Of a stretch of 32,000 bases of DNA, positions 9,304 to 17,723 are shown piece after piece. A program made the translations under genes and the position numbers. The stretch lies in NCBI RefSeq assembly GCF_001481685.1, contig NZ_CP006867.1, positions 1,260,001 to 1,292,000 on the forward strand, written 5' to 3'. Below the pieces are notes generated by a model. That model was given only the letters and a program-made list of their open reading frames with translations. It did not search any database and was not told where the DNA came from. This DNA is from Ignicoccus islandicus DSM 13165. GTDB taxonomy: Archaea > Thermoproteota > Thermoprotei_A > Sulfolobales > Ignicoccaceae. Every line of letters begins with the position of its first letter. Position 1 is the first letter of the stretch.

Positions 9304-9949
9304 GGTAGAGGGAATAAGGTACGGCAACAAAGTAATACTTCGACCCCAAGTGTTAAAAATCGAAAGTGGAATGAATTGCCTAATAGGGCCATCGGGTAGC
9401 GGCAAAACGACGCTATTAAAATCTATACTCCGAAACATAAGAACCGATGTATCCTACTTACCTCAAGAATTGGCCGTGCCTCCCTACGTGACACCGAAAA
9501 AAATGGCCCTTTATATAGCCATGAGAAACAGATGTTCCTCTAGAACGACTTACTTGGCTAGGTTCGAGGCATACGTTTCAATTCTCAATTTGAAAAGTTT
9601 ATTGGAGAAGCCTTTCGGAACCTTAAGTGCAGGTGAGAAGGAAAGGGTAATGATTGCCGTAACCTTGGCAAGGGGCTGCCATCTATATTTAGCAGATGAG
9701 CCGGAAAAGTTTCTTGATCCAAAAAACTTGGACTTGGTCATGGCACTAATAAAGAGGGAAGCCGATACATCAATTGTTGCCGTTCACAATCCTCTTGCCT
9801 TTAGCTTCTGTGACAAATTCTACGGTATATTTAATGGGGTTATAAGAGAGACTACGCCACTCGAAACCTTGGGGATAGCTTTTAAAGAAGTTAGGGGATG
9901 CAAAGTCATTTGCCCACCTAACTTTGAAACCAAGAAGAACCAATCGTAA
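9293..9949 (+). CDS. ABC-type ATPase (nucleotide-binding subunit only)
   Basis: Walker A GPSGSGKTT, Q-loop YLPQE, signature LSAGEKERV, Walker B LYLADEPEKFLD and H-loop VAVHNP. Confidence 0.85.
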   Translation: MEIKVEGIRYGNKVILRPQVLKIESGMNCLIGPSGSGKTTLLKSILRNIRTDVSYLPQELAVPPYVTPKKMALYIAMRNRCSSRTTYLARFEAYVSILNLKSLLEKPFGTLSAGEKERVMIAVTLARGCHLYLADEPEKFLDPKNLDLVMALIKREADTSIVAVHNPLAFSFCDKFYGIFNGVIRETTPLETLGIAFKEVRGCKVICPPNFETKKNQS

Positions 9950-10055
9950 AACTATCTTCTTTGAAGAGCACGGTTCTGAGAGCGCCTTTCAGAAGATCCT
10001 TGCGACATGCTTTCTATTTAACCACACTCAATACTGGATTTACGGGAGAACTGAT

Positions 10056-10916
10056 ATGCCACAGAAGGTTAGAATAAAGCTTGAAAAACTAACTGTCCCG
10101 AAGATAGAACTAAAAGTTCCAATAGAGGAAACCATTGGATCTAAGATAAAGGCTTTAGATATAGCGAGGGCGCCCTCAGTAAGTGTCTATAATGTCCACG
10201 AACTATTGGTGAACTTAAAACCTTTAGTGAGAAGGACAGAGGAAGAAGTAATTCCCGTGTTCAAATCGAAGTTCTCGAGAAAGGTTATTGGATTCCTAAA
10301 TCAATTCGATTTAATAGTTCCTACTAGTCACAGGAGCCCTTTCACTGTGCTCGATTTCCTCAGAGAATATCCTATCTTTAACCCTGAGGACGATCTTAAC
10401 AAAATTCTAGAAGAACTCGAAGACAAGCGAGCAAGAGGTGCTCCGGTAGTAGACGAGAATGGTAACCTCGTAGGCGTTATAGATTATTTTGACATAGTAA
10501 GAACGCTCAGACGAAACGGTGCTAGTAGCGAATTGAAAGTTAAAGATATTGCCAGGGAAGGTTATACTATAAATCAAAACGAGAAGGTGAACAAGGCGTG
10601 GCATAAACTGATAAATAAGTTCATACCCGGTCTAGTTGTTCTGAACGATGAAGGTAAACCAGTTGGAATAATAACTTATAAGGAATTCGTTAAAACAAAC
10701 AGGTGGTTCTTCCACAGAGAAGATGAAGCCAGACCTTCTACTAAAGTAAAGACCATAATGCTACGGGGAGTTCCCGTATTAGAACCTGAAGATCCAATCA
10801 CTATTGCTGCAGACAAAATGGTAAGCATGAGGGTACCAGTACTTCCAGTATCCGATGGCAGAGCTGTTTTCATAGAAGATGTTGCTAAAGCACTATCGGT
10901 TAGTACTAAGAAGTGA
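10056..10916 (+). CDS. CBS-domain protein (probably four CBS motifs)
   Basis: Repeated CBS-like blocks (GAPVVDENGNLVGVIDYFDIV, PGLVVLNDEGKPVGIITYKEFV, VPVLPVSDGRAVFIEDV). Start moved to ATG 10056, which follows the TATA-like CTATTTAA at about 10014-10021. The track start at 9924 lies inside the ABC gene. Confidence 0.75.
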   Translation: MPQKVRIKLEKLTVPKIELKVPIEETIGSKIKALDIARAPSVSVYNVHELLVNLKPLVRRTEEEVIPVFKSKFSRKVIGFLNQFDLIVPTSHRSPFTVLDFLREYPIFNPEDDLNKILEELEDKRARGAPVVDENGNLVGVIDYFDIVRTLRRNGASSELKVKDIAREGYTINQNEKVNKAWHKLINKFIPGLVVLNDEGKPVGIITYKEFVKTNRWFFHREDEARPSTKVKTIMLRGVPVLEPEDPITIAADKMVSMRVPVLPVSDGRAVFIEDVAKALSVSTKK

Positions 10917-10960
10917 AGAAAGTTTCAGTCTCACTCTCACGGTACATTTTGTACTATTCC

Positions 10961-10991
10961 GTTTAAATTTCAAAAATGAAATTATTTTCAT
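10961..10991 (+). promoter_or_regulatory. TATA-like box (GTTTAAATTTC) plus a 6-bp inverted repeat ATGAAA-ttat-TTTCAT upstream of the TFB-like gene
   Basis: The TATA-like element lies about 38 nt upstream of ATG 11004. The perfect inverted repeat at 10976-10991 sits between the TATA box and the start, where archaeal repressors usually bind. Confidence 0.35.
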
Positions 10992-11003
10992 GGTGAAATT
11001 AGG

Positions 11004-11534
11004 ATGTATATCTGGAGGTATGAAGCAGGCTACGTCGTGGATCCCGAAACGGGTGAAGTTATAGATCTAATTTACGATTACGGACCTTATGAAGGAAATA
11101 ACGAACCTTCACTTATAATAGGAACAAGTAGTTACGAAGATAAAATAGCAGAGAAAGCATCCAGAATACAAAGAACGTTAAACGCGAGGGGTTTGAGAGA
11201 CGCTCACGGAACGTACGTAAACTATTTACTCGGACTAACTAACAAATCTGTAAAGAGCCTTAAGAGAATAGAAACAAAAGAGAGATTACCTCTTACCGAC
11301 AAAGAGTATGAAAAAGAGGTAAGAAGGTGGCTAGTGAAAATAGAAAAGAATCTAAGAACAATGGTCTTGACATCTAAGACAAAGAAGGCTATCGCTTGTA
11401 TACTAGCAGCGAGAAGTCTCGATAGAGAACTATCAGTTTCAGAAGTAGCTAGGTTCTATGAGATCGATGAGAAGTACCTAAGAAAGGTTCTTAGTAGGGT
11501 GACTAAGCGATTGCTGCCTTATATGTTGCGTTAA
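11004..11534 (+). CDS. Truncated TFB-related protein lacking the zinc-ribbon cysteines (one cyclin-like/HTH repeat)
   Basis: By-eye alignment to the TFB in this window. YVVDPETGEVIDLIYDYGPYEG matches [60 protein letters not shown] matches [38 protein letters not shown]. Confidence 0.55.
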   Translation: MYIWRYEAGYVVDPETGEVIDLIYDYGPYEGNNEPSLIIGTSSYEDKIAEKASRIQRTLNARGLRDAHGTYVNYLLGLTNKSVKSLKRIETKERLPLTDKEYEKEVRRWLVKIEKNLRTMVLTSKTKKAIACILAARSLDRELSVSEVARFYEIDEKYLRKVLSRVTKRLLPYMLR

Positions 11535-14197
11535 ACTTTTGCTACTTCAACTTCAGATAAAGCGCCCTTCTTAGAGACTTCTATTACTTTGTTTGCAACG
11601 TCCACTATCTCTCGGTCGTGAGTTACAACTATTAATTGTTCTATAGACTTCCTACTCGCATCCATTATTATCTCCTTAAGCGCTTTTTTCCTTTCACTAT
11701 CAAGATATATTGTAGGTTCGTCCAAGATCATGAATTGGATTGGCGTCTCTGTGAACAGCCTTAACAGTGCTAATTTTAGGGCTAATGCCACGCTAACTTT
11801 CTCACCACCCGATAGCATACCGACATCTATTTCTCCTAATGGAGAATATGCTATTACGTTCCAGTTTTCATCAATATAAACATTCGATATAGATGTCTCG
11901 AAGCTTCTCAATATATTACTTGCTTCAATGTTCCAATTCTCTCTTAAATAATTCATTAATTTAGATGGTATTTTATCTGAAAGGTCTTTCCTAAGGGTTC
12001 TGAGGAATTGTACGAAACTTTCAACCTTAATAATTTCAAGGTCAATAACTTTCATTTCATTTCTTAAACTCTCAATTTCATCTAATCTCTTTTTATACTC
12101 TTGGAGTAGTCTGTTTGTTGCAGATACTTCTTTCTCTAATTGCGTGATCTCATCCGTTAGTTTTTCGTACAGTTCTTTTAACTTGTTGTATTCATCTTCA
12201 TTGAAACCCAATTGGTTTATTTCTTCCCGAAGACTTTCTTCTTCTCTCAACAACGGCTTGAGTCTCTCCTCTATCTCTTCAATCCTGCTTCTTATATTAG
12301 AAGCCTTCTGAACTTTGTCTTCAAGTTCAACAAGTTTACGTTTCACTTCAGCATACTTACTATAAGAGTCAATGATTTCTTGGGGGTCTGATGGTAAAAT
12401 CGATTCTATCTTCCTTATTTCCTCGAGTATTTTATTTCTCTTTACAACACGTCCTAGCAGATTCTCTTTTTGCCTTTGAATCTCCCTAATCTCTCTATCT
12501 AGGGCTTTAATCTTTTCGTTGAGTTCGTCTCTTCGTCGAACCAATTTCGATCGGACTCTCCGCGCCTCTTCGATTGTTGTAACGTTATTCTCAGCGATGC
12601 TGGAAATTATGAAGTACAACTGGAAGATGTTTTGATTAAGCTCATCTAGATTTTCTACAGAAAAGGAGTTCAATATGGCTTGAATTGAATCGTATTTACT
12701 CTTCAGTCTCTCACGTAGACTCCAAAGCTCTTCTAACCTCACCTTCAACTTCTTATATTCGCTGTAGTACGTTGAGAGTCTAGATTGAAGAACATTTAGT
12801 TCATTTGAATATTCTTTGATCTTTCTATCTCGTTCTTCTGGACTAAGTGGTCTACCGCAGACCGGACATATACTCGATCCTTTTAATTTGTCTATCTTTT
12901 CCTTCAGCTCACTAATTAGTGCTTGCATATACGCTATTTCCTCTTCTCGTTGCTTCAGTTTCCTTTCAATTTCTTCAATTTCCATAGAAGTCTTCTCCAC
13001 TTGCCCTTTTAGTTCATCAATAGATGGATACGATTCTAAAAGCATTAGAATACGTTTCCGTGCATTCTCAAGTATTTCTAGCTCCTTTATAGTCGGATCC
13101 AAGTTGCCTAGGTCTTGCGTAATGTTTTCTAGATCCTCGCGTAACTTCCTTAGGAGTTCCTCCTTCCCCGAAATTTCTCTTTCTAACTCCCGCAGCTTTT
13201 CTTCGCTTCCCTCAAGTTCCTTTAGCTCTAACTTTAGCTTAATAAGGTTCTGTGCCGATTCAAAATATCGGACAAGCGATTCGAGTCTCTCGTATTCATC
13301 CCTAAGCTGATCCCGGAGATTTTTCATTTGAAGTAAGTCTTTTCCATGAAGTAGTTCGCGTAGTTCCTTATCTAGCTCTTCTTTCCTTCTCCTTAATTCG
13401 TCTATCTTATTTAGTATGTCTCGGTGTTTAGCATTCATCAGATTGTACTTTTCCCTAAGCCTCTCAAGCTCTTCAAGAGAAGTTTTTACTTCAATCAATC
13501 GCGTCTTATTAAGATTGAGTTTATTACTAAGTTCACTAAACTTCTCGCTTAAGCTAGAATATTCTTTTCGAAGCCTCTCCAGTTCGTTTATCTTCTCCAA
13601 GATAGTCTTCTTCCTAACCTTTAACTCAGATAGATGATCGAGGTATTTATTAGTAATTACGTCGCCCAGCTTCTCCTTTACCACTTTCAGTTCACGTAAC
13701 CTCAAAAGTTTTTCAACGAACTCCCTTCTATTGGATGATGTCATATCAACCAGTTCCGTGAGCTTTCCTTGAGGCACGAAGAGGAGCTCCTTTAATACGT
13801 TCTGCGATCCTTCTTCGAGACCGAATAATTTAACTACTTCTTCCGTTACTTTCGAGTTACCTTTCGCGAGGATACGGCACCCTTCTCTATTACAGATCTT
13901 TAAATAGGCGTAACCTTGCGAAGTAGCGCTTAGACTTCTCTCTATCTGTATTTCCTCTCTTCCTTTTGAGAACTTAACTGTGACCTTAGCTTCTCTAGCG
14001 CCTCTTTGGATTAAATCAACCTTTCTTCGAACACTTCGACTGACGGGTACACCGAAAATAGCGAAAGAGATTGCATCGATAATGCTACTTTTCCCTGCTC
14101 CATTAGGTCCCACAATAGCTATTACACCACTTTCTAAATTTAGGGATGTCCTTCTATGAGATAAGAATCTTTCTATTTCGATTTCCTTAAGTATCAA
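11531..14197 (-). CDS. Rad50-superfamily SMC-like ATPase with zinc hook (Rad50, or a ClsN/coalescin-like paralogue)
   Basis: 888 aa with TTG start. Walker A GPNGAGKSS, Q-loop FVPQGKL and a long E/K/L-rich coiled coil. Central CPVCGRPL hook, signature LSGGEKVSVALAL, Walker B FMILDEPTIYLD and VVTHD. Confidence 0.85.
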   Translation of the reverse strand: MILKEIEIERFLSHRRTSLNLESGVIAIVGPNGAGKSSIIDAISFAIFGVPVSRSVRRKVDLIQRGAREAKVTVKFSKGREEIQIERSLSATSQGYAYLKICNREGCRILAKGNSKVTEEVVKLFGLEEGSQNVLKELLFVPQGKLTELVDMTSSNRREFVEKLLRLRELKVVKEKLGDVITNKYLDHLSELKVRKKTILEKINELERLRKEYSSLSEKFSELSNKLNLNKTRLIEVKTSLEELERLREKYNLMNAKHRDILNKIDELRRRKEELDKELRELLHGKDLLQMKNLRDQLRDEYERLESLVRYFESAQNLIKLKLELKELEGSEEKLRELEREISGKEELLRKLREDLENITQDLGNLDPTIKELEILENARKRILMLLESYPSIDELKGQVEKTSMEIEEIERKLKQREEEIAYMQALISELKEKIDKLKGSSICPVCGRPLSPEERDRKIKEYSNELNVLQSRLSTYYSEYKKLKVRLEELWSLRERLKSKYDSIQAILNSFSVENLDELNQNIFQLYFIISSIAENNVTTIEEARRVRSKLVRRRDELNEKIKALDREIREIQRQKENLLGRVVKRNKILEEIRKIESILPSDPQEIIDSYSKYAEVKRKLVELEDKVQKASNIRSRIEEIEERLKPLLREEESLREEINQLGFNEDEYNKLKELYEKLTDEITQLEKEVSATNRLLQEYKKRLDEIESLRNEMKVIDLEIIKVESFVQFLRTLRKDLSDKIPSKLMNYLRENWNIEASNILRSFETSISNVYIDENWNVIAYSPLGEIDVGMLSGGEKVSVALALKLALLRLFTETPIQFMILDEPTIYLDSERKKALKEIIMDASRKSIEQLIVVTHDREIVDVANKVIEVSKKGALSEVEVAKV

Positions 14198-14245
14198 ACC
14201 CTATCTCCCCAATGGATCGCAGAGATATTGGAGGACTTAGTCACG

Positions 14246-14333
14246 TGGCGCCGGGGGCGGGATTCGAACCCGCGCGGGGAGATCCCCCAGTGGGTCTCGA
14301 GCCCACCCCCTTAGGCCGCTCGGGCACCCCGGC
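14246..14333 (-). tRNA. tRNA-Ser (anticodon CGA), class II with long variable arm, 3' CCA encoded
   Basis: Hand-folded. Acceptor GCCGGGG/CCCCGGC, anticodon stem GTGGG/CCCAC with loop CUCGAGA, variable arm TGGGGGATCTCCCCGC, T arm GCGGG-TTCGAAT-CCCGC, discriminator G and CCA. Confidence 0.9.
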
Positions 14334-14353
14334 ACCGTCAAGAGGAGTATGGT

Positions 14354-14369
14354 AAATTAAATATTAAAA
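14354..14369 (-). promoter_or_regulatory. TATA box of the tRNA-Ser gene
   Basis: Minus-strand TTTTAATATTTAATTT centred about 27 nt upstream of the tRNA 5' end (14333). Confidence 0.45.
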
Positions 14370-14371
14370 GC

Positions 14372-14701
14372 TTAAAGTTCATTCTCATCATAGAACATAA
14401 GCACGCAAATGTACGCTTCGTAATCTATTTGGGTACAAGTAGCTACGTATCCACCATTACCCTTCGAGAGGCCAACCAGTTTTCTAGCTTCCCGTTCGCC
14501 ACATACTTCAACGTTTAATGGCTTAACGTCACGAAGGACCTTGGATATATTCTTAACATAGTATTTAACAACGGAACAAACGTTTTCGAAATCATCAGTA
14601 ATTAGATCTTCGTGAAATACTTTAACGTAAAGTGTGCCAGGTTCTGTCTCTACGTAATCATCCGTTATATAGAATATAGTCTTATCGAGTTCTATTGGCA
14701 T
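14372..14701 (-). CDS. Hypothetical protein (109 aa)
   Basis: ATG start with TATA-like TTTATATCC about 30 nt upstream, consistent with a leaderless transcript. Globular composition; no recognisable motif. Confidence 0.5.
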   Translation of the reverse strand: MPIELDKTIFYITDDYVETEPGTLYVKVFHEDLITDDFENVCSVVKYYVKNISKVLRDVKPLNVEVCGEREARKLVGLSKGNGGYVATCTQIDYEAYICVLMFYDENEL

Positions 14702-14822
14702 CTCACGAAACGGTGGGGGTTACAGGATATAAACGAAGCGCTTAGACCGGGAGCCTTTTGGGAGTAGGTAGTTGGGGTCGAATATTTTCGCTTTTCGGGT
14801 GGAATGAGCTCGGGTATTCAAG

Positions 14823-15986
14823 ATGGTATTCGTAGAACCAGAGGAGGGATGGAACGAAGAAACTGAAGTTATCCATGGAGGGGAATATAGGGACGAGGAA
14901 ACAGGCTCTATAGTGACACCTATATTCGTCTCAGTAATTTACAAGTATCCCGAAGGGAACCCTTACGGCTACAAATACGCCAGAAATTCAAGTCCGACTA
15001 TCGAAGTTCTCGAGAGGAAAATGGCCTACGTTGAAAAAGGGAGCGATGCCGTTGCGTTCTCAAGTGGTATGGCAGCAATAAGCACAACGTTGCTAACCCT
15101 CTTAAAACCGGGAGATAAAATAGTGACATCTAAGGACATATATGGCACTTCATACGAGTTCATTACTAGATTCCTGGGCTCGTTAAACGTTCGCGTTAAC
15201 GAAAACGGGATCGCCGATTCCGTTCTTGAACAGATCGATGAAGATACAAAGGTGGTTTTCATAGAAACGATAAGTAATCCGTTGCTCTTAGTACCACCAG
15301 TTGACGAAGTAATTAAGAGATCTAGAGAAGTTGGGGCCAAGGTTATTGTTGATAACACCTTTGCAACGCCAGTTAATTTCATGCCACTGAAATACGGTGC
15401 CGATATTGTAGTCCATAGTGCAAGTAAATACTTAGGGGGTCATAATGACGTCTTGGGAGGTGTAGCTGTAACTAAAGATAGGAAAATTGGAATGAGTATC
15501 AGGAACAGTAGAAGGTTGCTGGGGGGCGTCCCCGATCCACATCAAGTATACTTCGTAATCAGAGGACTGAAGACGTTATTCGTAAGAGTAAAACACCACA
15601 ACGAAGCGGCCTTGGAAGTAGCGAAGTTCTTGAAAGATCATCCAAAGGTTGAAAGAGTTTATTATCCTTGCCTACCGGATCACCCGAGCTATAAAAACGC
15701 TAAGAGGTTGCTAAGGGGATGTGGCGGAGTAGTTAGCTTCGAAGTAAAGGGAAATGGAATGGATGCTATAAAGGTCATGAAGGCAGTTAAGGTAATTCAA
15801 AGAACTGCGTCGCTAGGGGGAGTTGAAAGCATTATAACGCATCCAGCAACCATGACCCACCATACTCTACCAGACGAAGTGAGGAGAGAGCTAGGCATAA
15901 ATGATAATCTCCTGAGATTGAGCATAGGCTTAGAGAACGTAGATGATATCATAAACGATCTGGATCAAGCCTTGTCTAAAATATGA
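14823..15986 (+). CDS. Cys/Met-metabolism PLP-dependent enzyme (cystathionine gamma-synthase / gamma-lyase family)
   Basis: PLP-lysine context HSASKYLGGHNDVLGG, 387 aa, and the typical C-terminal LRLSIGLE. Confidence 0.85.
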   Translation: MVFVEPEEGWNEETEVIHGGEYRDEETGSIVTPIFVSVIYKYPEGNPYGYKYARNSSPTIEVLERKMAYVEKGSDAVAFSSGMAAISTTLLTLLKPGDKIVTSKDIYGTSYEFITRFLGSLNVRVNENGIADSVLEQIDEDTKVVFIETISNPLLLVPPVDEVIKRSREVGAKVIVDNTFATPVNFMPLKYGADIVVHSASKYLGGHNDVLGGVAVTKDRKIGMSIRNSRRLLGGVPDPHQVYFVIRGLKTLFVRVKHHNEAALEVAKFLKDHPKVERVYYPCLPDHPSYKNAKRLLRGCGGVVSFEVKGNGMDAIKVMKAVKVIQRTASLGGVESIITHPATMTHHTLPDEVRRELGINDNLLRLSIGLENVDDIINDLDQALSKI

Positions 15987-15995
15987 GTATGTAAT

Positions 15996-17723
15996 CTATG
16001 AAACACAGAAAGCCTTAACCTTAGCTGATTTATATATCGGTGTACCAGAACGTACATCCCTGGGTTCGAACGGTATCAAAGAATTCACTTTCAAACCTAC
16101 GTGGTTGAAAAAAGCCACGATAACGTTCCTCGGAACCCTCTTGGTATGTAAAACATCTCCCGAAACACATACGCCAGTATAAGGAGAGCAGACTTTTATT
16201 TTCGAACAACCGCTGAATTCCTCTGGATTAACGTAAAACGCTTTCTTCATTGAGTTCCTCTCCAGTATTTCATCGGCCCCCTTGGTAGTCCACAAGGCGG
16301 GATCACGCGTTGTATAAAACCAATAACCCTCATCCCTATGAATATGGAATATTTCAACTCTAGGCGGCGTGACTTCCTTCCAAGTTCTCGGTTTTTCTAT
16401 GTATTGATCATATCCATTATATAATTTATAGACGTCAATATTTCTATAATACGGAACTATCTCAAATGCAGTATAGGTGACCTCACGCAAGTCATGAAAG
16501 TGCACGTCGAAGTATTCCAAGACCTCTCTATATATTCTAAACGCTACGTTCTCACCTATTTCGAAAGCAGTAACTCTTCCATCCCCACTTGTAACAGTTC
16601 CTTGGGAGTTTACGAGAGGGGTAGTTGGTATGATGAGATCGGCAAATATACTGCTTTCCGTAAACTTTGGGGTTAGTTGTATTACTTTCGATCGAAGAAG
16701 CTTTAACGCGACTTCCTCAGAGTTTGGTAGAGATGCAATGACGTTCTGACATTGAATTAAATAAACTGGATAATCCACCTTGAAGGCAGTTACTAGGTCA
16801 GAACCTGCCCTCGAAGGTATTTCAGACTTGATTATACCTTCTATAGTCTTAAAATATCTTCTCAAATGTGGTACCAAACCCATATCGCCAGCGCCTTGCA
16901 CGTTTACCTTTCCACGCAAGGTAGCGATTTTTCCTCCTCTCTTTAGAAAGGCTTGGAGTAATCGAATCAGAATAGAATAACCGTAGCCTGAATGAGTTAC
17001 CCCCATACCATGAACTAAGACTGGTGCGCGAGCGTCTTCCCAAAAATGGATGGTTTTCTCAATTGTGTCCGCATCTAACCATTCTTGAACCCAAAGTGGA
17101 ACTTCTCTTCTATACGTGTAGTTGTATAATAACTCGGAGAGCGCTAGGTAACCGGGACCCGGCGGGATTATTATTCCCTCATCAGCTTGCACCATAGTAA
17201 AACTCGTCCAACTATCTATAACGATGATTTTCCTCGCTTCCCTCTTTATCTTTGACCAGAAGACCGGATACGTTACTGCTACGTCACTTCCAATGATGAA
17301 AACTTCACTATCGTTAAGCTCGTCATCTAGGCTAAAGTTAGTAGTTGGAAGTCCAAATATATCCCAATAAGCATCTATTGAAGGGGCATGACAGACCCTT
17401 CCGCAATGATCTACGTCGTTCGTCCCCAAGGCCCGTGCTAGTAAGTTCAATAAGAAGGCGCTTTCGTTAGTGTCTTCAGCAGATCCAATATAGTAAGTTC
17501 TATTTTTAGAAATCCATTCCACTATTATCTCAATTGCTTCTTCGAGTTTAATTGGATTATATAAACCGTCTTCGTAAAGCAATACTTCTGGTACAGGGTT
17601 GCGTGAGAAGTAGTTAATGACACCGTAAGCTCGGGCGCAAGCTTCCTTCAAGGGCTTCTTACTAGATGCATCTAGTTTACATCCGACTCCGCAAAAAGGA
17701 CATGGTACGCTCGCTTTCTTCAT
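15996..17723 (-). CDS. Molybdopterin (bis-MGD) oxidoreductase, formate dehydrogenase alpha-like, Cys-type
   Basis: N-terminal 4Fe-4S motif CPFCGVGC. HCGRVCHAPS resembles the FdhH active-site context, with Cys in place of Sec. A short 575-aa form. Confidence 0.75.
   Translation of the reverse strand: MKKASVPCPFCGVGCKLDASSKKPLKEACARAYGVINYFSRNPVPEVLLYEDGLYNPIKLEEAIEIIVEWISKNRTYYIGSAEDTNESAFLLNLLARALGTNDVDHCGRVCHAPSIDAYWDIFGLPTTNFSLDDELNDSEVFIIGSDVAVTYPVFWSKIKREARKIIVIDSWTSFTMVQADEGIIIPPGPGYLALSELLYNYTYRREVPLWVQEWLDADTIEKTIHFWEDARAPVLVHGMGVTHSGYGYSILIRLLQAFLKRGGKIATLRGKVNVQGAGDMGLVPHLRRYFKTIEGIIKSEIPSRAGSDLVTAFKVDYPVYLIQCQNVIASLPNSEEVALKLLRSKVIQLTPKFTESSIFADLIIPTTPLVNSQGTVTSGDGRVTAFEIGENVAFRIYREVLEYFDVHFHDLREVTYTAFEIVPYYRNIDVYKLYNGYDQYIEKPRTWKEVTPPRVEIFHIHRDEGYWFYTTRDPALWTTKGADEILERNSMKKAFYVNPEEFSGCSKIKVCSPYTGVCVSGDVLHTKRVPRNVIVAFFNHVGLKVNSLIPFEPRDVRSGTPIYKSAKVKAFCVS

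Noticed and set aside
9924-10055. 44-codon N-terminal extension of the CBS-protein ORF, starting at a TTG inside the ABC ATPase gene
   Set aside because: The extension has odd composition and overlaps the ABC gene. A TATA-like CTATTTAA at about 10014-10021 and the ATG at 10056 give a more conventional gene start.
12816-13637. Plus-strand ORFs of 164 aa and 73 aa, extremely rich in Ser/Phe/Leu, inside the Rad50-like gene
   Set aside because: They are the antisense reading of the E/K/L-rich coiled-coil codons. They are low complexity and lie wholly within a homology-supported CDS.
14246-14300. Search for an att-type duplicate of the tRNA-Ser 3' half next to the recombinase
   Set aside because: Only a 7-nt chance match (CGGGATT near 7643) was seen by eye. 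No direct repeat supports a bounded integrated element, so the island idea is kept only as a low-to-moderate-interest inference.
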